Below, piece by piece: positions 34,271-47,090 of a stretch of 64,000 bases of DNA. The stretch comes from Azolla caroliniana (Eukaryota > Plantae > Polypodiophyta): the NCBI GenBank assembly GCA_043228905.1, contig JBHGNT010000003.1, forward strand, positions 21,390,001 to 21,454,000, read 5' to 3'. Each line of letters starts with the position of its first letter. Within the stretch, counting starts at the first letter, position 1. The translations under genes and the position numbers were made by a program. Under the pieces are notes generated by a model that did not search any database, was not told the origin of the DNA, and saw only the letters and a list, made by a program, of their open reading frames with translations.

Positions 34271-37009
34271 ATTTTACAACCCTAAACCCCCCCTTATTTG
34301 GAAGGAGTCACATACAAGATGATATTTTGATTTGGTCCTATAGGTCAAATTTGACCTCTTCAAGGACGATTCAATTTCTATTCTATTCTCTCTCATTCAA
34401 AAGTTTAGGATTTCTCACAACATTTTGTTCTTAAAACTACCTTTAGTGTTTATTTTGCTCTAGGCCAAGCAAGCTTCCATATTCATTACATCATTAATCA
34501 TTATTGCTCAAAGAGAATATCATCTCAATTCGAGAATATATGAAAAAGTAAAGAACTTAATCTATTCGTAATTACTAGCTCCTAAATATTCGTGTGTCTA
34601 GGGGGATTATATAAATTTTGGAGATACCAAAACATATGTTCAAAGTTTAAAACATTTAATGGGTACTAGGTATGAACAACTACATTCACATGGGATGTTT
34701 CGCAAATTGTGGGAGCTTTCACTATTCAGAAAGTAGAAATAAAAGTGAAAGCTCTTGGACGACGATAACACGCATGGTTTATGATTTCCATCATTACCCT
34801 TAGTTGTATGGGTTCATATAAATTTACAATAAATGTGTCATGTAGACATATTTCATGTATAGAAGGTGGATTGTATTGGGACCTCGCGACTGCACAAACT
34901 TAAGATAAATTGCGAAGCTTGTGAATATCACATAGCTAATAATCAAATTCCTCTACATAAGGTAAATAAAATTTGTAGTTTGTAGATGAATATAGAAATA
35001 GCGAGGTGCCAACTTATGTTTCCCCTCAAATGTTTTTTTCTCTCCATCCAAGTTCTTATTTGAATGCTAACTATTTATTTGCAAATGAGTGATGCTTATG
35101 TCGATGCCCCAAATAAATCCAATGAAGTTTAAATTGATTAAAGATGATATTTTAAAATTAAATAACTTAAAGATATTCTTGAGCCGAATACTTAAAAAAA
35201 AACATACAAAAACAATGTTGTATTAACAAACTAGCTTTTTACAAAATGATTAGACCAATACAATAACCTTTCTCTATTAGGGGTTGTCTTAGTTGTGGCT
35301 TCGAGCACATGTGATACTCCCTTGCTATACATAATTTCTGTGGCTTGAGATTCGCTCTAATTGCATAATACATGGGATAAAGTGCAAATCTTGTATGTCC
35401 TACATATCTCGTCCCTCTTTTTTGTGACATATGACATTTAATAGACTTGTATCTTCTAAATCGCCTAAACCTATTACTATTATATTGCCATGACCTTAAC
35501 ATTGCAATGATATCTATAGGAGAAGTACTTGGCTTGCTCATGATTTAGCTCAACATCCTAGGCCAAATGGTTTGTTTGAAAACAATGGCTCGTGCGTAAA
35601 AAGACTATTCATGTGTACCAAGACATATACTCTAATATTTAAGGCTAGCATCTTTTTATTGGCAAAGCAATACCAAAACACCCATTAATGATACTACTTG
35701 TGGAAATTTAGATAAGAATTATTGTTGTGGGCCTTTTTTATTGCAAAATATTCTTTATAAAGTGATTTTCCTTATCTTCATCGTGTTGTTTTCCTTGTGG
35801 CCGACATGTTTGCACCTACATTTGAATGAAGTCCAAATTATCCTTCATAGATCATTATCGTTGACAATCCTTCAAATACTAACCTATAATCAATCACTAC
35901 ACATTATTAAGATTACTTGTAGTAGTACACAATTACAGTTTCTTTGTTCTGAAGAAGAATGAAAGTCTTGTTCAAAGATAACACAAGTAGAAATGCATAG
36001 TCTTTCCCAAGAACTCTAAATTCCATAAGGAAGAACTTTGATTTCAATTAGAACTTTGTATTTAGCACTCCCATTGCCATGGATATATCCATCTCTATTT
36101 TAAGTCACAAAGAAAAAGAACACAATGGTGATTACAAGTTTTCTTGTGCATAATGCTATAGTGGTTGAACTTGAACAATTTATGAAAATGAGGAGCAACA
36201 CAAACTCTTTAGAAAGTAAGGAAAAACACGAACTCTTGAGAAAGTGAAAGAAAAACAAAGCCATTATCTGTCTTCAAGGATTTGGAAACTATACATACAT
36301 TGTAGCATTGCTAGACTTGTCGAAAACAATAAGACCATTATGGGATTTCATGAGATTATAGATTGTTAAATATTGCCATAATACAAGTTGGAGAGTGAAC
36401 TACTATAAAGATTAAAGAAATTACATGTATGAAATTATTCAAAAAGCCAAAAATCTTGTTTTATTAGAGTGTGGAAACGTAAGCTTGTGGGTGCGAGCTA
36501 CAGTGTGTAGTTTAATGTTAGTCAATACATGAGATCATGTGCGTAGACACTTTTTTCCTAAAAGAGTGGCTTTACAAATTCACATTTCCACGACCCAAGG
36601 GTTGAATACAATTATACCATTTCTTTTGTTACACAGTTAACTAATAAAATAGCCGAATGCGTTTGTATCTTTGTAGTGACGATACAAATCTCATTTCCTT
36701 GGAAATAAAAATTGGGCTCTGAATTTGACATGTTTCCATTAATGTGACAACAGTCAAGGATATCTAACATGATTTTTTGGTGTTTTCTTTTGTGAAATTG
36801 ATATCAAGATGAATGAAGTACAAAAAGAAAATCATAGACAAGCCCCGTTTGTGACCAGTTTAGACAATTATGGTTCTCTTGTAGGAATATTAATTTATTT
36901 AATAGTGGTTGCTGGGAACGAAAATCATTTTCTCTTGGGTGTGTTCTTCTAGTCTTAAATGGTTGATGTGGGTAAGGACAGCTCGGATTTATTAGTTCAT
37001 CTCTTCAAA

Positions 37010-37230
37010 GTTATAAAAATGCTATAATTCAAACTAAGTACATGCTTCCATAGTTCGTCACTTTGACTCAAAACTATAGAATTGGTTTCAATTCTATATT
37101 TCATCATTTGACAACAATACTCATGATTACGAAACAGTTGGTATATTTTTTCACTATAGGTTCTTGGATTTGTAATATGGACATAGAAACATTAGTACTA
37201 TTTATCGTGGTTCCTTTGTAGATAAATATA
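37010..37230 (+). repeat. diverged direct repeat, copy 1
   Basis: Shares CTTTGACT.AAAACTA, TTTCATCATTTGACAACA.TACTCATGATTA and ATATGGA.ATA.AAACAT with 42735-42975. Confidence 0.7.
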
Positions 37231-38885
37231 ATTGACTACTATACTATATATTACTTTGATATGTTTTTTGTGTGTATTTTTCATTCAAATTTGACAGCAG
37301 GAAATTACAACGGAAAATGTTGTAGCATGTAGAACACTTACATAGGTGCTAATTTTAACAAGATAGAAATATGGGTCAATTGCTAACAAACACTTATTAT
37401 TATTATGTTTGTGTCCATGAATATGCTATCTAAATGCATGTAAAATATTTGAGGTGTCATTGTGATCCAAATATGACCACATGTTTCCATATGATGACGT
37501 TCAAATGAATTTAATACATTTCCCAATCTTAAAATACAATCTCTCTAAAGTGCCAATCGATGGCGATGATTACGATGATTACGATAGATTCCATATCCAC
37601 ACAAGTTTAATTTAAGGAGATTTTAGATCCCAAAGTTAATGTATAGTGACTAGTGGGCTAGAGAAATTGAGGTATTAGACTATGCGCAATCTCTAATAGG
37701 CCGACATTAATCTAAACACCATTTTAGTATATGTTGAATCGTACGCATTATTTCATTACAATCATAAAGATTAGAACAATGCAAACAATAAATACAACCT
37801 CTCGCTTAAAATGATTCAAAGGTGGGGTAACATGTGCACTGTGTGTACATAATTAAGATTCGAATGTAAGCATATGTGTATAGTGTTTTTTACCTCAAAA
37901 TTTGCGCATCACGTAGTGTCTTAGATATGTACGAGAATTCACACTTTTCACAGCTGGATACACACTTTTCGCTATGTCTTAGATGTGTGTAGTGTCTTCT
38001 ACCATTATAGCATTCCACACATACCGTTAAGAAATAGCATAGACTTTGATATATATCACTTTCCTTGTGATGTCGTCTAGACATAAACAATTGAAGTATT
38101 GGTCCAAAAACTACACATTCAAAGTGGGATACCCGTCGGGTACAAAATGGTGGGTCTAAACATAGGTGAAAGAGGACAATCACATTGTTTTCGAATGAGG
38201 TCCAATGAATTTGTAGTGAATCTAACTTGGTTTATAAGTACAATCAAGGAAACACTTACGTTTTAATGTTTAACTCCTATTCACTTTTGACTTCATGTTG
38301 AGTGGACGTCGTCATGAACAAGTGTGTTAAGCTTACGGTCTAGCAATAATGAAAAAGCAATTAGCAAGAGTTAGTTATTTGTGGCATTATTAACGTGGTT
38401 GACATGACCACAAGGCATTGGGATACCAATTTAACTTTTAATTTAGCGACGAATCCGTTGAGGTCAAGTTCTCGAGAATGCAAGTGTTGAGCATCATAGT
38501 GATTTTTCAGGCGAGTGATTTGATCAACATAATGGATTTTTATTTGGGGATTTTCTCATTTGTACACTAGAAATGCTGATAGAGGAGCCTAAAGCTTCAA
38601 AAGGAGACCATTAGTAGTTGTTGTCATGGACATGGTAGGGAATTTAGAGATTCCAAGATAAGTGCCGAAACGAGACCATTTCGTAGTAATAGAAGTAGCT
38701 GTCGGGAATGGAATCGAAAAGTACCAAAATAAATGAATAAATAATGATGATGATAGACATTAAAATCTCTATGTCTTATTTTCTCCCCCACACATCTCTT
38801 TAATTTGTGTTTGTGTCCCCTTCGTCCCTACCCCATCTGTCCATCCATCTATCCATACATCACATAATTTATATCTAGTTTATCA

Positions 38886-38887
<2 letters not shown>

Positions 38888-38922
<35 letters not shown>

Positions 38923-38945
38923 ATGAATGAATGAATGAATGAATG
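38888..38945. repeat. compound microsatellite (CAT)n(GAAT)n upstream of the ALOG gene
   Basis: Seen directly in the sequence. Confidence 0.95.
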
Positions 38946-39158
38946 ATGGATTCCCACTCAACATTGAATGAATAGCCCATGTGGTGGAGAGTCACTAGAT
39001 GCAATGTATATATGTATGTATGTATCTATGAACACTAAAGTCAATGAATATTGTTCCAATGTAATCTATGTATGCATTGCTACTTCAAAAATATATAAGG
39101 GAAGTTGGTGGACTACTAGAAGACCTTCTTTATCCAATAACAATATATTCTTCTTCAA

Positions 39159-40367
39159 ATGAGTTCTCTTCACCAAGCATCTCTATCTCTCCATGACCCA
39201 TTGATGTTTGTTATTGGTGGTGGAGAAGCATCATTTTATCACAATCTCATGAGATTCTCCTCAGGACTAGAGTACCCAAGTACTAGTAGTAGCAATAGTA
39301 GTTACCACCACTATAATTCTTCCTTAGTTCATAATGGTGGTTTCATTAGTGATAAGGCCATGATGGCCTTCGAGGACCACCAAGACGACCTCAGCATATT
39401 GCCACTTGCTGCGGTTGTCACTGATCCAACTACTCATACTAAGACCCCGATAGATACCCATGCCATCCTCGCCATAGATGAGAACAACCCAAGAGCTAGT
39501 ACCCAACATATCCTGCATCAACAACAACATTTCTCGGCCTCGGTTGTGCCGATAATGGGCCGAAGACATCTTCAAGATTGTAGTAGTAGTAGTAGTAGTA
39601 GTAGTAATAGAAGTGAGGTACCATTATCAAGTCTCATGCCAGATTCAAGTCCTATGGCAAAGGCGCCTCCTTCGAAGGCAATGCCGACCAATACCACGGG
39701 CATGGGACCTCCTCCTAGCCGTTACGAATCGCAGAAGCGTCGGGACTGGAACACGTTCGGGCAATACCTAAAGAACCACCGGCCGCCCCTCGCGTTGACG
39801 AGGTGTAGTGGCGCGCACGTGCTCGAGTTCCTACGCTACCTCGACCACTTCGGGAAGACGAAGGTGCACGCGCAATGCTGCCCCTTCTATGGGGTTCCAC
39901 AGCCCCCCGGCGGGTGCGCGTGCCCCCTCCGGCAGGCCTGGGGGAGCCTGGATGCGCTCATCGGACGACTCCGGGCCGCGTTTGAGGAGAATGGGGGCAG
40001 GCCCGAGTCGAACCCGTTTGGTGCGCGCGCTGTCCGGCTCTACCTACGCGAGGTCCGAGACATGCAAGCCAAAGCCCGAGGCATCGCGTACCAGAAGAAG
40101 AAGAAGAAGAAGAAGGCGAAGCCGCGCATGAAGCACGGGCCTGGGGATCCTTCGTCCCAATCGCACCCCGTGGCCCCTCCGGCCCCCGTCTCGGCCGGCA
40201 ATGCCAATCCCCCCCACCCCCACAAGAACCCTAATTTCATTCTTCACTATCCAAACCCTACTAACCTAGCCACGAGCGCCTACGACAACCACATCCTAGC
40301 ATGCAATGATCCTCCTCCCGACCACGACCACGACGATCCTCTCTTTGCTTGTCTCGCTAGTCATTAG
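39159..40367 (+). CDS. ALOG family (DUF640; LSH/G1/TAW1-like) transcription factor, single exon, 402 aa
   Basis: [18 protein letters not shown]...[20 protein letters not shown]...[23 protein letters not shown]...ARGIAY followed by a poly-Lys NLS. The start codon is uncertain because several in-frame ATGs exist. Confidence 0.95.
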   Translation: MSSLHQASLSLHDPLMFVIGGGEASFYHNLMRFSSGLEYPSTSSSNSSYHHYNSSLVHNGGFISDKAMMAFEDHQDDLSILPLAAVVTDPTTHTKTPIDTHAILAIDENNPRASTQHILHQQQHFSASVVPIMGRRHLQDCSSSSSSSSNRSEVPLSSLMPDSSPMAKAPPSKAMPTNTTGMGPPPSRYESQKRRDWNTFGQYLKNHRPPLALTRCSGAHVLEFLRYLDHFGKTKVHAQCCPFYGVPQPPGGCACPLRQAWGSLDALIGRLRAAFEENGGRPESNPFGARAVRLYLREVRDMQAKARGIAYQKKKKKKKAKPRMKHGPGDPSSQSHPVAPPAPVSAGNANPPHPHKNPNFILHYPNPTNLATSAYDNHILACNDPPPDHDHDDPLFACLASH

Positions 40368-40459
40368 TCTCCTCCGATCCTCTCCTTGCTTCGCTCGCCC
40401 AGTCATTAGTCTCCTCCGATCCTCTCTTCGCTTGTCTCGCCCAGTCATTAGTCTCCTCC
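40335..40459 (+). repeat. three 41-42 bp tandem units spanning the ALOG stop codon
   Basis: GATCCTCTC..GCTT..CTCGC..AGTCATTAGTCTCCTCC at 40335, 40376 and 40418. Confidence 0.92.
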
Positions 40460-42734
40460 CTTAATCGACATGCTTTCGCACTAATTATGCCCTAGTCTTT
40501 TCACAACTAATTCCTGTTCAAACTAATATATACTTGTTAGTAATTCCAAATTACTTCCTTCCTTTGCCTTCTCCAACATACTCTGTGTGTGTGTGTGTGT
40601 ATGCCTTAAGACATGATTTGTCGGACATACATACATTGATTCAATCCCTAGTTGAGACATCGGAGTTGTTTCGATCCGTAGTGGAGACATTGGAGCTATT
40701 AGGATATAAAGCTCAACAATGTTTCCAAGTAAATTTCATTATCTGAAATCCCCCCCCCCCCCCCTTCCCCTTAAGTACTAGATATAGAGCTGGATGGACT
40801 TTGATCATCTTTATTATATGATATCATTCCATGTATGTAACACCTTACAATACATAATTTAGGATGCCCAGACTCCATCCTGCTGCTTCCAAGGACTAGA
40901 AACTACAATTATACTTTAAAATCTATTTAATTGTACCAATGGTCTGTTCTTTTGTCCAATATACTTAGCAAAGTCTTGTTGTAGAGCTTACAATATTCGC
41001 GATCGTGAATACATATGTATATGTAAAATCTTATGACATGTTTAAGCCTAAATACTCTATGATTTTCGGCAACAATGGCGAGCGATCGATTGTATCATTG
41101 TCTATCGCGGGAACCTCCGTGCAGGTAGAAAGTACTTACATTCACCCGCACCTTATAAACATGAAATTTCAACACCTTATAAATCATGTTGATGGTGTGT
41201 GCCACCATGAATTTTGCATGTCATCATCTATTTGGCATCCATCTGGTGAGAGGCCTCATTGAATCTTATGGTACTTATCTTGATTGTTGTTAGGGTTTTT
41301 GCATTGTGTAATGTTTTCATAATCACCGCGTGTGTCGGATGTATAACTAGACCGTGTGCTACAATTGCTACAGATAATCTTAAATTTGGAGCTTCTGACA
41401 CATTAAAATTCGTTAAAGTATCGGACATGAGCTAATCACTCTTACCAGGTTTAGGGACACAATCGAATTCGTTAAAAGTATCGACATGTATAATTTGTTA
41501 TCACTGACATGAACTATTTCTAGGTTATTCACAGCTAAGCTGAATTATGGTATGAACATTTAGATGTACCTTTAATCATGAACATCTCTATGAGGAAATA
41601 GATACAATGACATTGATGGTAAATTTTAGTGCTTCATCATCTTAGGGATACTTAGCCTTGTTTGGCCAACACATAATCCGCAGGAAAATTAATTATCCAC
41701 ACAATATGTCACGACATCTCATCATACTCCTGACATACATGGTAAACTAATTAATTGTCAATATGACCAGGTAAGATTTGATAAAAAAATTCTTGAAGTT
41801 GCTAGGGATATATAGCATAAATTAGTTGATGTTGACAAATGTGGTCATTACATTTCTTCAAAGCATTCCCATTGATGGTTGCCCCTGAGAATTTCTTAGT
41901 TTAATTTAATTTAGGGCAGCTTCCATGTCATGAATGCTAGCTAGCATTAGAATGATTAATGGCTCTGAGGATCTCTTTGAAGTAGACTAGACCATTCAGA
42001 ATTTGATGTACAAGAAGATGATTGGCATACAAGATGAAAATGATAATACCAAATATATCTATCATACAGATAATGATTGTTAACCCATCTTCTTATACAG
42101 ATAATGATTGTTACCAAATATTTGTATCGGTACATGGCCGATCATATAACATATACATATAGAAGCACCACAATTGGCTCAATTTGTACCCTAGCCTAAT
42201 CTAACTCCAACTTAATTGTATAGTTACATTTATTATCATCTTAAAAACCAGTCTTAAAATGTATGACTTACTTTAAGGTCATGGATTCAGTGAGTGAGGC
42301 TTGAAAACAATTATATTGTTTACTTCTATAGCAATGGTAATAAAACAACATATAATGTACATTATCCAATAATAATAAAGGTAATGTGTCTAGATATTTA
42401 TGGTGGCAAGACAAAGCTCACCATGTTGGATGTGAGAATCTAGCTCTCCCAATTAAACATGTTTCAAGTAATGTGACAACATTCAAAAGATTGTCACATA
42501 AAAAATTGGGTGTTTGTTTTTGGGCAATTAGGATCTAGATGAAGAATGTACATAATGTGCATCATATACAAGTTGCGTTAGCTAGTTTTCGACAATAATA
42601 ACAGTTGAAGCAAGACTAATAATCCATTTAATGCTGGTTGTAATGAAATGAAAAACATATTTGCATATGTACGCCTCTATAATCTTCAATGGTTTGATAT
42701 AAGGCCACGTAATGACAAATCACTTCATCACTTA

Positions 42735-42975
42735 GAGATAAAAGTGATATAATTTGATCTAGCACACAGTTCAATGTAACATCGCTTTGACTTAAAACTA
42801 AAAATAGTTAGTGTCAATTCCATCTTTCATCATTTGACAACATTACTCATGATTATGAGAAAGTTCTTATATAGAAGTCACAAAAAAGATCACTTTATTT
42901 TTCATCGACAAATATGTGATATGGATATAAAAACATGTATGTACTATTTACCTTGGTTGATTGCTTAAATATAGC
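42735..42975 (+). repeat. diverged direct repeat, copy 2
   Basis: See 37010-37230. Confidence 0.7.
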
Positions 42976-44439
42976 ATGCCGAGATGTGTACTACCGATGA
43001 ACACAAATGTTCTTGATGCACATTTCAATCAAAATTTAGTGGTGAGAACATTTGTGGAGCTCATGAATCACACACTTGTTTGCCATGAGTATGGACGCTT
43101 CTTTTTCAAATGGGCAAGAATTCATCAAGTGACAAGGGGTACTAAAGACTTAGGCCCCCTTTTGAAGTTCTATTAATATCATCCTATAGACATGGTCAAC
43201 GTTTCTCTACTTTTTACTTATTTTTATCTCACACTTTAATCAAAAGGATAAGATATTTAAACATAATAGAATAACTTTACAAACTCTTTATATGCACTAA
43301 AGGTAGTTATTCTATAGAATTCTTAATCATTGTAAATAGTTTTGGTGTTGTAAACACGCATGCTACCTTGACCACGTAAATATGACATTACGAGTGGAAA
43401 TAAGTAGGTACTAGGAAATGCCAACTCTAGTTTGAAGGCCAAGTTTGATTTTATATTAATATATAGCCATACTTTTAAATATGACATTTCATGTTAATAG
43501 TAATGGAACATAAAAAATGGGCCTCAATCCCCATGTTCTCATCTCAATGCCCAACACCTGAAGGGATCTCCTTTTTATCATATTGATATCCTAAATTAAA
43601 GATCTGAACAACAATGAACTGTTAAGGTCAATGCTTGTGTCAATGATTTGAACTCCACTTAACTATTAAGGGTTTGGATTTCAGTGGTTCACATGGTAAA
43701 GAAATTTTTTCCCAATACAATAAGCCAATTGGACGAATAACTTTTTCTTTGGTGAGCCAGATTGTGGAATAGATGCACAATCATATTACATTAGTTAATT
43801 CATTTGGCACATACATTTATCTGGATGAGCATATATTGATGAGTCATGACTAGCTAGCTACCTTGCTACCACTCCTATGTGTGCCTGGGTTAGGATGTCT
43901 TATGCTATTGCCACAAATGTTTTTGAAGTTGTGGTATTATACATTATGATATAGTGGGTCTTTTTTAGCACTATATAGGATGCATCATATTATGATAATA
44001 TTTAATTTAACTTTTCATAGATAATCTAGATTATACAGGTCTAATATTATGAAATGCTTGTATCAATGCCAAACCATGCTATATGAGCATGTGTTCAAAC
44101 CATGCTATGTGAGAAAGTGCTCTAATATTGATAAACTATTAGGAACATATAGCAAATTATTTCGAAATAGCAATCATCATGCCAACTTAACTAATTGTAA
44201 TCTTTACCATAACTCTTTGACCTCGATTAATACGATGCACAATTTGGAACAATCATGAACGAGATCTTGCACAAATTCATCTACAATGAGATCTTTAGGA
44301 ATGGAATTAATCATAGTTGAATTTATGGGCACTTTTTAAATGATACATTTGCCATCAACCACAAACTAGCATAACCCAAGAGGACCTACTTTTGATGGTC
44401 AAAAGTAAGTTCTCCTAGATGAGGTGCCTCATAGGAACA

Positions 44440-44690
44440 TTGAAATAAAGCATCTACCTTTCCTTGAATTGTCTTCCTAGCTTATACACAAATTTGAAAC
44501 CAAAATACATAAGAAATTGTGCCCAATGAGCTTGTAATCGACTCAAGACTTGGGCTTTCTAGAAATATGCCAGGTTTTTGTGATCATAGTAGATAATGAG
44601 TTGGTTGGGAGAAACTGTCAAGGAATTGGTGTCAATGCTCAAAAGATTCAATAATTTGGAAAAGGTCCTCATCATGAATCTTGTAATTGA
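44440..44690 (-). pseudogene. highly degenerate Ty3/gypsy RNase H remnant
   Basis: Minus strand reads NYKIHDEDL...IYYDHKNLAYF..AQVLSRLQAHWAQFL..F.F...VDAL. Confidence 0.65.
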
Positions 44691-47090
44691 TTTAGACTCA
44701 TCGTTCCCCCCTACCATCCATGCGCTATTTTAGAGTTTACTTGAATCTATATTTTTTGAAATTTCGTCAACCACTCAAGGATTATTCTTCACATACTAGC
44801 TATGGACCTACTCAAATGAGCAAAACTGTTGGTAGTGCTACCAGAGGACACTCACTTGCTCGTACTACTCCTCAACACTTGAAATGAGATAGAGACCACT
44901 TTACCACGAAACACATATCACTTATTATTCCCCTTTACTTTAGCTTCTAATGAAAGGTAGAGCTATCCTACATCAAGCCATAGTCTTGTTGGTCGATGTT
45001 GTCGACTTTATGGAATTCACCTACCTAATGTTGTTATCCGCTCTAGTGATCGAAGACTAACACTGCATGATGTGTACCATCATAATTGAGGAGTTACTAG
45101 ACATTTCCCTGTAGAACCATAAAGGATCACCCTTCCTTGAGACAATCTACCTCCTTTCAACTTCATATGGTTGACAAGTGCTTCGTTATGTGCATGGGAG
45201 ATGGCTTGTCACACCTAGATCCTACTCATACCTCAACCCATCTTATTGTTGCAACTAGTGTTAATTTCCTCTTGTTTCACCCACTCATGCAACCCATCAT
45301 GCATATGTCCTTCGAGGAAGAGTGTGTTCCACGTTGGTCACCTCCTATGCAATGCCATATCTTGTGGATGACCTTGACAACAATGTCATGATGACAAGTC
45401 AGCACCAGATTTCTTCTAGGGATCTCCTAGCGAGAGATCTAGTTACTCTTGGAGAGTTAGGGTGTGCGGAAGTGTTGTCACATGTCAGTGAGAAAGAGAA
45501 GGAATAAAAAACAACAAGAAGAAAATGAAATGTATATAGGAGGGGATAACAACTTATGCATATTTAAAGCGAAAGCTATATTGATCAATTGAAAATTATC
45601 AATGGAGCAGAATGGGCCAAGTGGGTTTTAAATACAAGTCCTCAAGGGAGTACCAAATGTATATTGTTGGTGGATTCTAGTCATAGACATCCACTCAAGA
45701 ACGATTCTATTATAAGAATATATAATCTTCTTTAATCCCATTTACACATTCAAGACAACTAACTAGATGTCACCATCTAGTTTTTCATGTAAGTGGATAG
45801 TTCACATGAATTACAATAAAGTGTACTCACAAACATTTTCACACATCATGCTTTCCTCCATGAGCACGTGTTCACATAAGTTGAGCTTGATTCTCAACAA
45901 ACTCTTACTCATGCTCCCTCACCAACCCCCTCATCCTCTTTTACAACCCCTCCCTCTATATCCACCTCCTCATTGCCCATGCACCACTCCCACACACTTT
46001 GGTCATACCCAAACCAACTCACTCCCTCATTATGAGGACCCTATGCTAACCACATCCATTCATTGTCCCTTGAGTGCCAACTCCTTACCTCACCCATGCA
46101 CAACCACACCCATATCATCTCCTAGTCACATCACTTGATATCTTGCTCACTGTGAACATTGGGACCCTCGCCCTTCCACACACACCATTGCATCAACCCA
46201 TACTCACTACATAAAAGTTCATTGACAAGACTGCATTGTCCTAGAATCCCTCTTAAAATAAAAATCTCAATAATTCACTCCTCGCACACATCATTCTCCA
46301 CCACCATTCACATTGATGAGCACATCATAAATTGTGCCACTCAAGAATTTAGTATACGTTGGCCATTTGTACAATCGCTTACTCAAGCATTTCAAGTTGA
46401 TGGACACCCTTTACATAAATATGCAAAAAAATAGAGAAAGGTGAGTGGGTCACCTCCTCCTACTCACACCTTGTTCATTACTATGTTGTATTGCATGCAT
46501 GGTCGGGTGATTTGTTTGAACTACCACCTCCACCTTCTCCTACTCACACCCCTCCACTATTTCTACCCAAAAGTCAATGCTAACCAACAAGTCGACGTTA
46601 TAATATACCCCTAATTGTATGAAGACAATCTCAAAGCAGGATCTAACATTATTCGTTTGCAGGAGTGAGGATGGGCACACACCATCACCAACCCCCTCCT
46701 CAAACCTCTAGGTGCTCAACCACCTTGGCACATTTCATTTTTTGCAAGCATGACCCAATGCCATCTGTTTCACTACTATCCTTCCACTCACTCACGTGTT
46801 CTTTATACCCTCTTCGTCACCATTTTGTTTTGTCTAATTCTACAATGCATAACATTGATGCACCACACCTCTGTTTTTTTGGTTGGCCTTCCCAAAACCT
46901 TGCCACCCATTTATTATTATTATTATTATTATTTTACATAAACTGCACCATAGTTTCCATTACCAATGCAATAAGCAAATACAAACCTATAATGGTACAT
47001 TTTAGTGATGGGTAAGATATCCCCCCTTATGTCAAAATTGAAACGAACCTCCACCTATGGAGGGAACAACCATCGCGGGGGTACATATTG

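Noticed and set aside
34300-38880. Short ORFs in AT-rich DNA upstream of ALOG
   Set aside because: No recognisable domains, consistent with random ORFs in intergenic sequence.
39159-40367. ALOG domain as part of a DIRS/tyrosine-recombinase retroposon
   Set aside because: ALOG is related to the N-terminal domain of such recombinases, but no catalytic domain, RT or ITRs are adjacent. The sequence is a typical plant ALOG with an NLS.
44700-46900. Possible old LTR and gag remnants with pyrimidine-rich ORFs
   Set aside because: I could not establish termini, a TSD or protein motifs.
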